A stretch of 64,000 bases of DNA from Marsupella aquatica (Eukaryota > Plantae > Marchantiophyta). The stretch covers positions 13,819,542-13,883,541 of the forward strand of contig OZ316896.1 in the NCBI GenBank assembly GCA_973895155.1, written 5' to 3'. The translations under genes and the position numbers were made by a program. Below are positions 1 through 13,248 of the stretch, piece by piece. Position 1 is the stretch's first letter; each line of letters begins with the position of its first letter. The notes under the pieces were generated by a model, which was given only the letters and a program-made list of their open reading frames with translations, searched no databases and was not told where the DNA came from.

Positions 1-857
1 CATCCATGATTTATGCCAAGTGGGTGCTAACCCAAACTCCATGAATTTAGGACATGTTTATATTAATAAATATCAAATTTTGTATGCACGCCAGTTTTCC
101 ACTTGCATTCATCACAAGGTGCAACAATAGTGACAGTAGATTCAATCTAAACTGTTAAACTCCAATAGAGATGTTCAAGCTGGCACATAAAATAATTTAT
201 TCCTTTCTTCTAATAAAAGATGGCACTATGGCCACCTATCCATCCACATTTCTTAACATTTCCATGAATATATCAGGAATGGTCTATGTATCTCCCTCAC
301 AACAAGCTATAAACTTGAATGGGATCTCCATCCCATCAAAATTTCAAGCTTGGTCATTATTTAAAGAGTGCTGACACATTTACACAATTTTTGGTGCACT
401 TACCACTTGAGTTGGTGGTGGTAGAATTTTTGGGAACTGCATTTGTTTTCCCTGACCTGCACAAACTGGTCATGTAAAATGTCTGTGAACAACAAACAGT
501 TTGAACATTAGGTCAGCCAAAAGTGGTCAATTTGGTAGGATTCAGGGGTGTGGCCGCTGTAGGGCAGATTTTAGCACTCTCTACTTGTCGAGGCATTTTA
601 ACGGGATGGGGTCACTTGACCACTAAACTGTCTGAGATGCTCTAAAGAAACATTTCCAAAGCTTGAGTACCCGCAGACCTGGAGTGTACAGTTGAAGTGC
701 TCTGCCTCCTCAGCAACCCACTGCTGCTCTTTGAAAGTGAAGCATCCAGGGTTTTACATCACTAGTTCATCCTAAGAAGCTCTCAAAAACTGAGGTTACT
801 TGCTAGAGGCTACTGCAAAGCAAATTGAACTGTGAAATTGACAAATAAGGCTAGTCT

Positions 858-2028
858 GGTGAAATGCATGGGTGAGACCTCTAGACAATGACTTGGGGCG
901 ATGGGAAGTATTGGGGTGAAAAGGATAGGTGAAGTTGATAGACACTGGCATTGGGTGGCGGCAAGCTGCTAGGTGAAAAGCACAGGTGAAGCCTCTACAC
1001 AATGGCTCTAGGTGCCAGCAAGTGCAGGGGTGAAAGCAGGATGAAGCCTCTAGATAGTGAGCCTGGATGCTAGCAATTTGCGAGATGGAAAAAACACAAC
1101 AGACTCTGGGTGCCACCAAGTTTCAGGGTGAAAAGTATAGGATAACCCATCCCCAAGAGGAGGTAATGGGATGTAATCCTAGAGGGCTCTGAGCCCAAGG
1201 GGGTTACAGCTCATTTTCCCCAAGTTGGGATTAGTCACCTAATGTAAAGCTTGAGTGCACTTTTAGAATATTCATTTCATTTTTACATTGTAAAGTCTCA
1301 TCTGTCACTATTGACCACTTGCACCTTATTCTACTTCTCATTCAAATTTCAGAATCCCCAGGCCAGGCTGGTACAGGGATTTTGTGGCTTCACCAGGGGG
1401 CGATGCCTCATAACCATGTATAGACATACAAACAAAAAAATTCACGAGAGTTATACGCATGGTTGAAGCCTCTACACAGTGACTCTAGGTCCCACCAAGT
1501 GTTGGAGTAAAAGCAAAGGTTAATCCTCTAAACTCTGAATTTGGGTGCTGGCAACTGCAGGATGAATATCATGGGTGAAGCCTCTGGGCAATGACTTTGG
1601 GTGTTGACAAGCTTCCGGGTGAAAAGCACAGGTGAAAACGGGTGACTCTGGGTGCCAACAAGTTTTGGGGTGAAAAGCATGGGTGAAACCTCTAGACAAG
1701 GAGTTTTGTGTGAGAAGCAGGCGCCATACCTCTAGGCACTCTATAGGATAATGACAATTTAGTTTGAGGTTATCCCCTGTGACCAGAAAGTGAAAAACAA
1801 AGTGGAGAAATTTTTCAAAGGGTTCTGGAGCAGGTTCACACTGGAACTCCTCCAGACCTCCATTATAGTAAGTAAATGCTATCAGGAAAAGGTCCTTCCC
1901 TAGTTCCCTTCCTGGCAAGAGATTATGAGAATATTAAATACCTCCAATGATGGGTACCCAAAGTCATAACCATTATGGCATTCTGTACAGAAATGATGAC
2001 TTTGGGTGCTAACAAGTTTTAAGGATGA
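858..2028. repeat. Degenerate ~57-bp tandem array (consensus ~GGTGAAAAGCATGGGTGAAGCCTCTAGACAATGACTTTGGGTGCCAACAAGTTT), in three blocks split by insertions
   Basis: Units are visible at 858-1136 (~5), 1461-1700 (~4-5) and 1994-2028 (partial). Non-array DNA lies at 1137-1460 and 1701-1993. Confidence 0.85.
1137..1415. mobile_element. Small interspersed element with an internal hairpin, related to the copy at 44014-44212
   Basis: Imperfect palindrome centred on GGGCTC-T-GAGCCC (~1185-1197). It shares GGRTAACCCAT, GGGGTT(T)ACAGC and CCCCAGGCCAGGCTGGT with the reverse complement of 44014-44212. Confidence 0.5.
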
Positions 2029-3821
2029 GGCATCGGTTGGCCGGAGTAACATGCCGGCCAACATTCAGACTGGTACACACTAGTGTACAAATTATGGAGC
2101 CGTAAAACTGTTACAGTGCCGCCGGACCTTTCTCTTTTACAGGGCACTGGACGAGCATTCCCCGGAAATTTGAATTTGAAAAATACAGATCTCCGTCGTC
2201 CATCTGAAAAACGGACGGCCAGAAACAAAGGCCTCTGAGAAGATTCGTACTGGAGAGAAATCTCCCCATCATTAGCGTGTGATAGTTCTTTGTACTGCTT
2301 TGCTACAAAACAATATTACCTCGGACAGAGTTGCGCGGTCAATAGTTAGAGAGAATCTTCCCCGAGGTTGGGCGTGAGCCGTCGATGGCCGGGATCGACG
2401 GCCGAGGTTCATACTGTCGGCGCCGAAGAGTTTACCTGTTTGGAAGGCGCCGTGACAGAAAGGTCGGAAGCGCCGGTCAGAGTGCCGTAAGAGAGAAATT
2501 AGGAAACATTTGTCGACTGTTGCTGAGCGACTCTTGTCACTCCTCTTGCGAAGCGAATTGCGGACAGAGTGTGAAGAGTCTGCTTGCAATCAATCATGCA
2601 AGCAGACTTGATGGAGGGAGTCATGGAGAACGCAGGGGAGAACAGGACGCGCGAGGTGATGCGGGATAGATGCGGGATTTGATGCGAGCATGATGATTTC
2701 AGCAGGAGGGAGTTTTGATGAATAATTTATGGTTCGGAATCGGACGACATTGACGAAAAATGGGGATTCGTTTGGACGTTTGGACATGGAAATTTGACAA
2801 GCAAGGAATGGTTGAGAGCAATGTGGACGGACGGAGAATGAGACACTCGCAGATGGTCCAGCTAACAAGCTGTGCAGCAGTGCAGCTAGCTGTTGGTCTC
2901 GCTTGGCCCGGCTCGGCTTGGTTTGGCGTGGCTAGGCTGAGATTGTTTATACATTGATGAGCTTTGGACAGAAGGTACCTCATCATTCTCGCCTCCTTGG
3001 CACCGTGGCCAGGCTGGTGAGGGCCTGAGTGAGAGAAGGAGGTCCTGAAATGGGTCAGTCGGGGGCTAACTTTATTCGTAGGGTGGCAGGTGAATTGCAC
3101 GAACGCAATTATCGTCTGTGCTTTTCTGTCTCTGTTCATCTGAATGCATAGTCGTCAGGACGTGAGAGAAAGCGGCATGGACGCCCGGAGCACTTAAACA
3201 GTCGAAGATCTGTTCGTGGAGTAGAGGTTCTGTCGTTCTCTGCAGCAGGAGCAGGAGCTTGTTGTTTGATCGAACAGTACCTCGGTTGGAGGGGATCGGA
3301 GGACCTGTGGCGCTGGAGGGGGCGCTTGTAGGCTGGCAGTCGTCAGTCGGTAGGTGATGGAGAGAGGAAGCAGAGCTCAGGAGAGCTGCCTGGCAGACTA
3401 AGCTGTGGTGCCGAGGAGCTTCAAGCTGGGCGTCGAGTCCTCGGAACATGGCCGATTGGACATAGCTGGAAGCCCATGGCAGTGTAGATCTACCAAACAA
3501 GCCATGGTCGTAGTGCTCCAGCAAGTCCTCTCTGAATGCGGTACTCTGGAGTTTCCTCAAAATTAATTTCGATGTTCGTGCTAACACCTTAACCTCTTTA
3601 GATCTTTAAATCGAACGATTATGAGGTATCATTACGTGGTACGGTAGTTGTCGTTAAGAGAGATGAGCTCGTCGAAGCAGATACGAAAGGCAAGCACTCA
3701 TGGACGAATGAATGATCGATACTTTGAGACAGAGAGAGAGAGAATCGCCAATGCCGTGTGTCAGTTTGCGCGGTTGCATTGATCTTCAAGAAGGAAAGGT
3801 CACCTCCGCTGCTCTGGATTT

Positions 3822-6245
3822 ATGTCTTTCATGGTAGTGACAATGGCAAGCAATCACGTGGTCGCCGCTTCTGTTGATGAGAGGCCTGACTCCGCTCACC
3901 ACCACGAGCATGTCAAGAACTTTCTGAAGGTCGTGGACGACATGCGAATGCCCGGCGATTTCGAGACGTCGGATCTGAAGAAAATGAAGAGAGTAGTGAA
4001 AGAGATTTTTATTCGTGAGGAGGCTCTTCTGACCAAAGCTAGGATTCTCCAGGCCCTGGCATCAGGTGCCGGAGAAGAGGTGAAGATAGTTTCCAATGTG
4101 TTACACCACGTCAAACTTGGGAAGCAGCGGGTTGAGGAGAAACAGAAATTGCAGGAGAACACAATCAATGGCTTGTTACAGGCGAATAACGAATTGCAGT
4201 CTACCGTGAGCGCGCTTCACAATGACATACAGGTTAGAGGTAACGCCCTGACCATACTCATGAACGAAAGAGATGAACTGCTGAGCACCGTGAATAGTCT
4301 CCGAGATGAATTGAGCTCAAGCGGAAACGCCTTCAAGTCAGTGAGCAAAGAACGTGACGAATTGGAGATGACAGTTAGTATGCTCCGAGATAACGCAAGT
4401 CTGCAGGATAGTACCATCAAAGAAGTCATGAAAGAGAGAGATGATTCGCAAACTACGTTGGAAAAACTACGGGAAGCATTAAGCTTGCAAGAGGACGCCA
4501 TCGGGGCCGCGACAAAGGAAGCAAACACTCTCCAAGGGGAACTGAGCGGGCTTAAGCTCCTAGATGAGGAACGGAGGCAGATGTACGAGTTACAAAGGCA
4601 GGAGCTGGAGAAGAAATTCAAGGAGAAGATTAGTGGTGTACAATTTCAGCTTGATGCCTCGTTGAGCAAGTTGCACTCTTTTGAAGTAGGTTCGGCGTCG
4701 AGACTACAGGAACTCGAACAGAAAGATGTCCTGTACGAGAAGTGGCTACAGCATCTAGTCACAGCAACGAAAGATCTCCGAACAGCGTCAGAAAGCAGTA
4801 AGAGCCTCGTTCTCGGGCTGAAAAGAGAATTGGCAGGAATGATGGGAGTCATAGGGTCGCAGATAGAGGAGCTGGCACGGCAAGCAGAAGGGTACCAGAC
4901 CTTGTTCGCCGAGAACCGGAAGCTGTACAATGAAGTCCTCGACCTGAAAGGTAATATTAGGGTGTATTGTAGAGTGAGACCGACTTTCAATAGTGCAGAC
5001 CCCGGCACGGTAGACTACATCGGCAATAATGGAGACATGATGTTAGTCAATCCGAATAAGCAGGCGAGAGACTCTCGGCGAATCTTCAACTTCCATAAAG
5101 TTTTCAGCTCCTCTGCCTCGCAACAAGACGTGTATGACGACACACAGCCTTTAATTCGCTCAGTTCTTGACGGCTATAATGTCTGCATTTTCGCTTATGG
5201 TCAGACAGGCTCCGGGAAGACATACACGATGAGTGGTCCGAATAGTCTCTGTCTGGGCACTGACCTTGGAGTGAACTACCGCGCCTTGAACGACCTCTTC
5301 ATGATCACAGAGACTAGACGAGATGCATTTCAGTATGAGATCGGAGTGCAAATGATAGAGATCTACAACGAGCAGGTTCGAGATCTGCTTTCCGCTCCCG
5401 GGTCGTCCATCAAGAAGCTCGAGATTAGAAACCACCATGCTCAGCTCAACGTCCCAGACGCTTGCCTCATGTCAGTTACATGTAAGGATGATGTTTTAGA
5501 ATTAATGAAGATCGGCGGGCGCAATCGGTCTGTTGGAGCGACAGCTCTGAACGAGCGCAGCAGTCGATCCCACAGCGTGTTGACGGTACACGTGCAGGGT
5601 GCGGACCTCAGCACTGGTTCTGTTCTCCGTGGCTCTTTGCACCTTGTCGATCTCGCTGGAAGCGAACGTATCGATAAATCCGAAGTCACCGGGGAGAGGT
5701 TGAAAGAAGCTCTGCATATCAACAAATCCCTCTCGGCCTTGGGGGATGTGATTGCTGCGCTCGCTCAGAAGTCTGCTCACGTTCCATACCGAAATAGTAA
5801 GTTGACGCAGCTGCTGCAAGATTCACTGGGGGGGCAGGGAAAGGCTCTCATGGTCGTTCACATTACAGCGGAAAGCGAGTCTTTCGGAGAGACGATCAGT
5901 ACGCTGAAGTTTGCGGAGCGGGTGGCGACAGTGGAATTGGGTGCTGCCCGTAGTAACCGGGAGCCGGGAGAGATCCGGGAGCTGAAGGAACAGAATGCGA
6001 ATCTGAAGGAAGTCGTTGCTCAGAAGGAAGCTGAACTAGAACGTCTACGATCAGCTGCATTGGACGAAATGCCGTCAATGCGTACACCTACTAGCAAGAC
6101 TAAAAGACCACTAGGGAGCTCCGCCGGGCTGCCGTCTCGGAGACTTAGTAAAGACAATCTGCTTGGGAGGAGGCCCAAACCGTCTCTTGCTCCTAAGTCG
6201 TCTCCCGAGGGTGGTTTTGGCAGTTCAAATGTGAGATTCGTTTGA
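3822..6245 (+). CDS. KCH: Kinesin-14 of KCH type, single exon, 807 aa: partial CH domain, coiled coil, motor domain
   Basis: Motor motifs: neck LKGNIRVYCRVRP, P-loop GQTGSGKT, switch I NERSSRSH, switch II DLAGSER, HVPYRNSKLTQLLQDSLGG. The N-terminal HEHVKNFLKVVDDMRMPGDFETSDL resembles the C-terminal half of KCH CH domains (FENVRNFL..V.EM.LP.FE.SDL). Confidence 0.9.
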   Translation: MSFMVVTMASNHVVAASVDERPDSAHHHEHVKNFLKVVDDMRMPGDFETSDLKKMKRVVKEIFIREEALLTKARILQALASGAGEEVKIVSNVLHHVKLGKQRVEEKQKLQENTINGLLQANNELQSTVSALHNDIQVRGNALTILMNERDELLSTVNSLRDELSSSGNAFKSVSKERDELEMTVSMLRDNASLQDSTIKEVMKERDDSQTTLEKLREALSLQEDAIGAATKEANTLQGELSGLKLLDEERRQMYELQRQELEKKFKEKISGVQFQLDASLSKLHSFEVGSASRLQELEQKDVLYEKWLQHLVTATKDLRTASESSKSLVLGLKRELAGMMGVIGSQIEELARQAEGYQTLFAENRKLYNEVLDLKGNIRVYCRVRPTFNSADPGTVDYIGNNGDMMLVNPNKQARDSRRIFNFHKVFSSSASQQDVYDDTQPLIRSVLDGYNVCIFAYGQTGSGKTYTMSGPNSLCLGTDLGVNYRALNDLFMITETRRDAFQYEIGVQMIEIYNEQVRDLLSAPGSSIKKLEIRNHHAQLNVPDACLMSVTCKDDVLELMKIGGRNRSVGATALNERSSRSHSVLTVHVQGADLSTGSVLRGSLHLVDLAGSERIDKSEVTGERLKEALHINKSLSALGDVIAALAQKSAHVPYRNSKLTQLLQDSLGGQGKALMVVHITAESESFGETISTLKFAERVATVELGAARSNREPGEIRELKEQNANLKEVVAQKEAELERLRSAALDEMPSMRTPTSKTKRPLGSSAGLPSRRLSKDNLLGRRPKPSLAPKSSPEGGFGSSNVRFV

Positions 6246-9200
6246 TTGCCTCCCTCCCGTTTCTGCTTAGCTGCATCAGCTAACGAAGGAAGCATTCAAA
6301 TGATCTTTCCATCCAGGGCTGCACGCCTTGTTGGCCTGCCATGGCGGAAAGATATTTCACGTATCATGAGATCTTTGACGCCCAATTTTACCCTGCTCGA
6401 CCAGTGATCTGCCTCCGTCGAGCGAAGGACGAATGACGGCGGGTGTTGGGACGAATGAAACCCGAAGGTTGGGCTATATGCAGATTGGGTGCATAGAATC
6501 GACGACCGTTACTGGAGAAATTCTCCGTCAGTAGCTGTCTGACGTTATCAGCGCCATCCGCAAGCCTAATCGGAATCCATTTCGAGGTCTTGTAAACTAC
6601 GCGAAGGATGCATGTCGCAAGCTCACGGTATTCAATGTAATGGACGCACAGTCACAGCTATGGTGACGAATTGCGGCCTGTCGGTGATGGATCCCCTGTT
6701 TTTCGGCTTACCCTGTCCGACGCAACGTATCTTCCGGGGCCACGTCCCATATCGTGAAAAACAACGTCGACGTATCCGCAGTCCAGTCTTGGTCTTCACA
6801 TTGCTTATGTGATAATGGTTTAGGCTTCAAGGCACGCACCCACCCAAGCACCCTGATGACCCAGGTACAGATTACTTACAGGAGAATGGTTTCCGATTGG
6901 AGATCGAATCAGATGATGTTGTACGTGCGACTCATGGGTTTTCAAACCTCTGAAGACCTTATGTTTGGCAGGCTGGTCTCCGAGAATTGCCTCACTGGGT
7001 AGGATTTTGTGCTTCAGGATCAGGCATCATTTTCACATCACCTGCTTGTAACGATGTGGTTCACATCATTGGCCTTCTTCAGGACAACCATTCGTACCTG
7101 TGTGCTGCAACGACTCTCCAAGCTATCTGTCTCCCTCTGCCAATAGTAAGTGTTCCATTGTGCCACTATGCTTCACTCGAACATCAGCCCCTGCATACCG
7201 ACTGTGTTCATACAATAATTTGAAGTCCGAATTGTTCGCTATGCCCTGAACAAAGCAAAGTAGCACCTGGGTAGCTAAGGTGCAAAGCTTTGTGACTGGG
7301 CATACTCAGATATTATTGTAACTTTGATCTGCTGCCTAGCATCTCAAGTGTGACAATCTAGATTCGGCGATTTTGAAGGTCCTCGCCAGGCAGAGACAGG
7401 GCCTCCAATTTGAAACACAGAGAAAGAAGGGTTTCTCTTGTACACTAAGTTGTAATAGTATTTTAGTGACAACAATATTTTAGTTGGGTCTTTCATATTA
7501 GATAGACCCTCACATTTGCATGGATTTTTCGCGTGCCTCCTATGTGAACGCATGGACCAGTGGTGTAAATCACTGTTTCCACGAAGACCTTGAAGTTGAT
7601 TGGACGACGTGTAATGGAATCGATCAGCTCTGTATTGGAATCTATCAGCTCTGATCTATTCGATGGAGAAGATTTCGAGGAAGGAATGCGTCTCTATGTA
7701 TTTCCTCTCTATCCCCTGGGGCCACACCTGTACCTCTTAGTATATATATCCATGTATATTACCGACTACATCAAAATTTTGTAGAGTAAGTTGCTGAGAC
7801 GTGCACTGAAGTGTAATGAAGGTCACACATTGAGAAAAGGAGTGAAAGCAAATTCTCATGCCGATCAGATACAAGGGATAAACAATCGGACTTCAAAGCC
7901 ATACGAGCCAGACCAAGACCGCTAAAGAGCTCATTCTGGTATTGGACCGACATTGAATTCTACCAAGGAAAGATGTTTGTTTTGTTTTCAGTCAGATGTT
8001 GGTCCACGTGAACGAAAGTTTGTTCACAAAGAGCTGAACAGAAGCCTTTGTGCAGAATACTCGTGATTTCAGGTATCTCTCCCTACTCTCACTGCTTTCT
8101 AGTTACGACGAATATCTTTAAAATAGGTGCCATGATTCCTGTGTCCTTTTTACCACACGTTGGGTATGTGTGATACGCTGCCTTCAGTCCGAACGAGAAA
8201 GTGAGAACGAAACGTTGGAAAATGTGTTCATGGGAGCCTTTTTCGTTTTGCCTTGAACGGCTTCTCTTACAAGGTCTGTTTTAGTCACAAGAAGACTGAA
8301 CCGACATCTCATCTGTATTTTCTACCATCTTATCCCTGTACTTCCTTGCCTGTATTTGGAGACTATGTTTATATTGTTCTCTACTACCCTACCCTGGCAG
8401 GCAGGACAGAGAGGATCCGATCTCTATTACTTCACTTTGCTCTCTTCTCTTCAGGTTGGTGTTTGTCCTCTCCAGACCTCTTTTGTTTCTACTCCTTTGC
8501 ACTTACTTGTTTTTGCTCTTTTCAGTACATTTGTCATTTTTCCTACTTTCATTTGTACTTGATTATTTTTGCCCTGTTTAGTAAATGAGTAAATTGGTCA
8601 TTTCTCCTACTTTGTTCAGCTAAACACACATCAAAACAGTGTTCATGGGGAGCTTTGCCTGCAGCTTTCCCAACGGTCAGTCTATTTGCAAAACCCCAGA
8701 AAATAACGCAAGAACAAATACAGAGCAGTACTTAAGTGCATTGAAGCCTTGTCCATTCCTGAGAAGCTTAGTGGTAAATGCCTGGAGCTTGTGAACTTTT
8801 GACTTATGGGGGCCCAGTGAAAAATGGATCCCCGTAATTGCACATCAAAATGTGACAATATAAGGTTTATTATGTCACTCCATACCATGATATATCCAAT
8901 TCTTTTAGTTAAATCACTGAGCGTTATTCTAAACACATATCTGGCTGTTGATGTTTGCTGTGCAATTACCGGGACATGTGAAAAATGTATACAATTAAAG
9001 GTGACTGGTGTTGCTTTATGGGATATATTGTTGACTGTATTGTGTCAATTTGTGTATACAGGAGGTCATGTATGAGAGACAAAATCTACCCTGAAAACAA
9101 CTAACAGGCACCCTTAGCTTAAATCGCAACTCCCGGTATATAAAGACCTCTCGTATTGTACGGCCATTAATGCTGCGAAGAGCGCATAGAAATCCAGGAT

Positions 9201-10235
9201 TGGTGAGGAGGAATGGATGGAATCTTGAAAGTTCACCTAATTTTATACTCAAAAATATTTATTCATTTTCAAAACTAAATATACTTGGTCGTAGATCTCA
9301 TTGAGATCTTTCTTTTGCACCCTAGATCGCCTTCTAACATGGATGAATAAGATTTCTAGAGACATTACAAAATGGATGGTAAAGATCATAAAATCAACAA
9401 AATCGACGGGTAGGAAAGCTTAGATTTGTTTTATTTTTCATTTAAAAACTATTAACCCATTCACAAAACGGACAGAACCCATCCATAAATCTCTTTGAGA
9501 TCTTTCTTTTGAGCCATGGATTGGCCACTATGATGGACGAACGAGATTTCTGGAGGCAAGAAATGCAGATGGCTCAGATCGACCCTTCCCCCTGAAATTC
9601 AAATTTCAAATTCGGCCAATCAGATTGCCCCGTTTGTTTTTTTGTTATTTCTCACAAAATATCCAACCATTTTGCCTGCTTTTTTCACAGACGTAGATCT
9701 CAACGAGACCTACGATTTGAGCCATAGATCTGATCTGATGGCTGAGGGTACGCGCAGCTTTCAATGCAAATCGAACAGCTGAAGGGAGGCGCTGTTGTGC
9801 TGCCCGCTGTTTCAAGTGTTGGATGCACTTGGGAATGAAGACTCTGGGTAACCCGGAGCCCCTTATACCTGTATTTGCGGTTTAAGATTATGGTCAAGTT
9901 TATGAATGAAACACCAACTTATTGACGAGAGCAACCAACGGCCCTGGTAAGTCCATATAGTTGGACGACGCTCTGATGACTATGTATCATGCAAACTCTA
10001 AGTAAACCATAGAACATATGGTGAAGTTTTTAATGACAAATAGTTGATGCATGACATGTGTACATACCAGCTGCCAAAATCTCCAAAAGTTGAAAACCAC
10101 AACCCTTGACCTTAACTTCCTCTCCAAGAGGTCCCCACAATTCAATTGGAGTTATCGCCCAGATTATTTGTATGGTGGAAACTGGTTCCTCTAACAGAAA
10201 TTTGAATCAGAAGAACACCATAGATACCACAGTTA

Positions 10236-10679
10236 GGCCAGGGGTGAAGAGTAGTGAGCACAAAGTTGAGCCAGAAGGGGGTCACTGGTCAGGCCAGCTT
10301 TCCCTGATCAGATGAGTTGACTCAAAGCTCACAATGAGCTTGCTCTTACTAGACCTAAGTCAAGCATAACTTAATTGGGTGTGAAACCAAAGTTGGGATG
10401 TGGTGAATCATAGTGGATCTTGATTAATAGCAACCTAAACTCAGACCAATGAACCCTTAGCCACAGCCTGGTATCAGGGCAAACTGTTTTCATGTTCACC
10501 ACAGGTAGCCCGCATGAGAACATGGGGTGAGTGGGGCCCTGACAAGTCCTTTCAAATTTAACTGAGGGAATGTTTTACACTACCCGGGGTGATCCTAGCC
10601 TAATTAGAATACCCTTATCTTACAAAAACATATCATGTAAATATTCGTTTGAAAGTGTTCATTTCTCTTCACCCTGGCC
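10236..10679. mobile_element. MITE (Tourist/PIF-like), ~445 bp
   Basis: Terminal inverted repeats GGCCAGGGGTGAAGAGTAGTGAGCAC and GTGTTCATTTCTCTTCACCCTGGCC; flanks are TTA and TAA. Confidence 0.6.
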
Positions 10680-12610
10680 TAAGTCAACAAGTGTAAGTGT
10701 TGTTTCCACCAATGCTTAATACAGACATTTAATTTGTCCTTAGAAGATCAGACAGTGTTGATCTTCCACCAAGCACACTGTTGTTTCGTGTAGGAATGAT
10801 TTCCAAAAGAAAATAATTATTTTCTTGTTGGAAATGTTAGGAGACTTAAAAAAAAAATATTCCAAAGAGTCTATAGGTAGAGGGCCCAATTAATTTCTTA
10901 AGACCATTTAGTAACACTGCGCTTTATCAGATTGCCACTTTGTCTTAAATATCATGACTGTTTTAGATGAACTATGGTACCCATTTTCTCATGAACTGTT
11001 AAGTGACCTCACACTGGCTGGTTATCTACAAAAGATCTTAATGGCAATCTAGAGATTTGTTGCTTTTTTGGTTGGTTCAGAAAAGAAAGGAAGAAAGAAT
11101 AGATTTATGGCATGAAACAAACAGAGACATGGGATAAACAACCTGAAGTAGTTTACTCAAGTGAACTCACCCTGGCCGTACCATCAACAATGACATCCTA
11201 TTTGATTGTGATAAAAAGAGGTGCCCAATTTGAAATATTCTGGCCAATCGTTAGTGGGGTAGGGATACTCTAAAGTCTCGTCCCATGTCAGGCCACCCCC
11301 CCCCCCCCACCACAGGGCCCCATCCAAGTGTAAGAAATAGTCAGCTCAAACTAATGTAGAACGTGAGAGTACACTCAATCAGACGGTACACCAACAAGAC
11401 ACCACAAGTGGAGAAACTCTTGAAATATTCATAATTTATGAGAGTACATGTGAACAATGAGGGAGATAATGCTCCCTTTCCAACTTGTATTCCCAAAGGG
11501 GGGACCAAGATGTGTGGGCCTAATTAAAGTGGATCTTATCCAAATCTAAGCAAGGGTTGACTAACCTTAGTAAGGCCAAACTAACTACAATCAGGAAGTT
11601 GAGTCAATTCTTAACACCAAGATGGTGGGCAGAGCTGATGAAGATTGTTGAATTTCAAGTGAAAGCTTATACACTCTTTCAGAGTGTGGGATAGTCGTCC
11701 CAAGCCATTTGGGGCCCTTTCTACAGAAGAAGGCTCTAATAAAACCAGATGTCTCGCCTCCCCCAATCCCTCTCACCATCTGACTGATCCTCAATTCATG
11801 AAAAAACTTCCGCCTCCTTTGAGGAGACCAAGAGCTACTAATTTCCAAAGATGATTCTCTTGATTTTTGTCTCATTTAACTCTCTGCTTTAGTATGTGTC
11901 ATCAGTTGCAGTCCATCTGAGAGTGCTGACAAAGGTGGCCGTCCATCCGGGCTTCACCTTCTATAATTTCCCTTGGATGATTCAATTTATTTATTTCCCA
12001 AAACTCATCTGGGAAATTAAATTTTCCTACTCGCACAAAATACTGTAGCAAGCAATTTAGGGTGGCTTTACAAGACATGGGGGCATTTTTCGTGACTATT
12101 TTTCACCAAATCAAACATGATGGCCACTATTTGTTCTAAAAATTGACTCCATGCCAAAAATCCTTTTGACATGATATACTATAAATGCAAATCCCTTCAA
12201 TGAAGGAGCCAAAGGTGAAAAGTTTGCACACTGCATGAGATGGTGTGAAATTCTAGACAAAATGAGCACATCAGCATTTCTGTAGGCCCATTGCTTGCCA
12301 TGTAGGATCAGTAGAGACAATATCCATATCCATATCTGGGTGGGCCCCCAGTTACTCTAAAGCCAACTCCAACGATTTCCACTCATTACAGTTCAGATAT
12401 GATCTTGTAGGGAATAAAGAGAAGCCATTCAAGTTTTTGTAAAGCCACTTGTTACACTCTCAAGATTTATGTAGAGGGAATGAAAAAAAGCAATGGCCCC
12501 TATGTCTTGTAAAGCCACTTGTTATACCAGTTCTGGATTTATTCTGGCAGGGACTAATAAACAAAATGACCCCAACTTCTTGTAAAGTCATGCCTCATAC
12601 AGTTTAATCT

Positions 12611-12960
12611 GGAGGTTTTTGCTTGATGGACCCCCAAACTAAAACTTTCTCCCCAACCAACCCCATGAGGTTTTGGGTACATTGATTTAAGGTCTATGAA
12701 CGTTCCAGATCAATCAAGGTCCCATCAAGTAACTCTTCTCATTTTGGGGTCCATCAAGCATGCCCCTAGTTCAATCTCTCAAGCAACAAACCAAAACAAT
12801 GGCCCCTCCTTCTCACAGGTACATGTCTGATAGACCCCTAAAATGGAAACTCTTTCTTGATGGGACCCTTTATTGATGCAGATGTTGATTGATCTTGATA
12901 GACCTCAAATCAACATACCAAAACCTCAGGGGTCCCATCAAGTAACCCATCAAGTATCAC
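12611..12960. mobile_element. Two ~150-bp MITE copies in opposite orientation; the same family recurs at 24349-24760 and 26293-26410
   Basis: TIR pair GCTTGATGGACCCC (12621) and GGGGTCCATCAAGC (to 12759). The internal motif TTGATTTAAGGTCTAT is shared across the family. A reversed copy lies at ~12818-12960. Confidence 0.7.
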
Positions 12961-13248
12961 TATTTGTAAATTCTCTTAGCTAGGAAAGGCAGGTTATTGG
13001 CATGTAAACATTTCTGGAATCCCTTACTATTCACATAATGTGTTGTCCAAAAGTAACCTGTTCCCGTACAAAAATTACGTACTATAATGCGTGCCTGGGC
13101 AGGGGCTCTACTCCAAGAAAGCTTGGAAAACCTTCCCTATCAAATTTTCTTCATTTTCTGGTCACAGGGTTACTTGCTAGTAACCCTATTAACCCCATAT
13201 TAGACCTGCATTGTCCTATGCATATATTCTTGTTAGGAAGGCCCTAGC

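Noticed and set aside
3072-3587. 171-aa minus-strand ORF
   Set aside because: It has a non-ATG start and no recognisable motif.
9290-9620. Homology to 2160-2270 forming the ends of one element around the kinesin gene
   Set aside because: The similarity is limited to short motifs (GATGGACGA, AAATTCAAATTT) and is too weak.
11330-11600. Solo LTR
   Set aside because: The composition is LTR-like, but I could not define TG..CA ends or a TSD.
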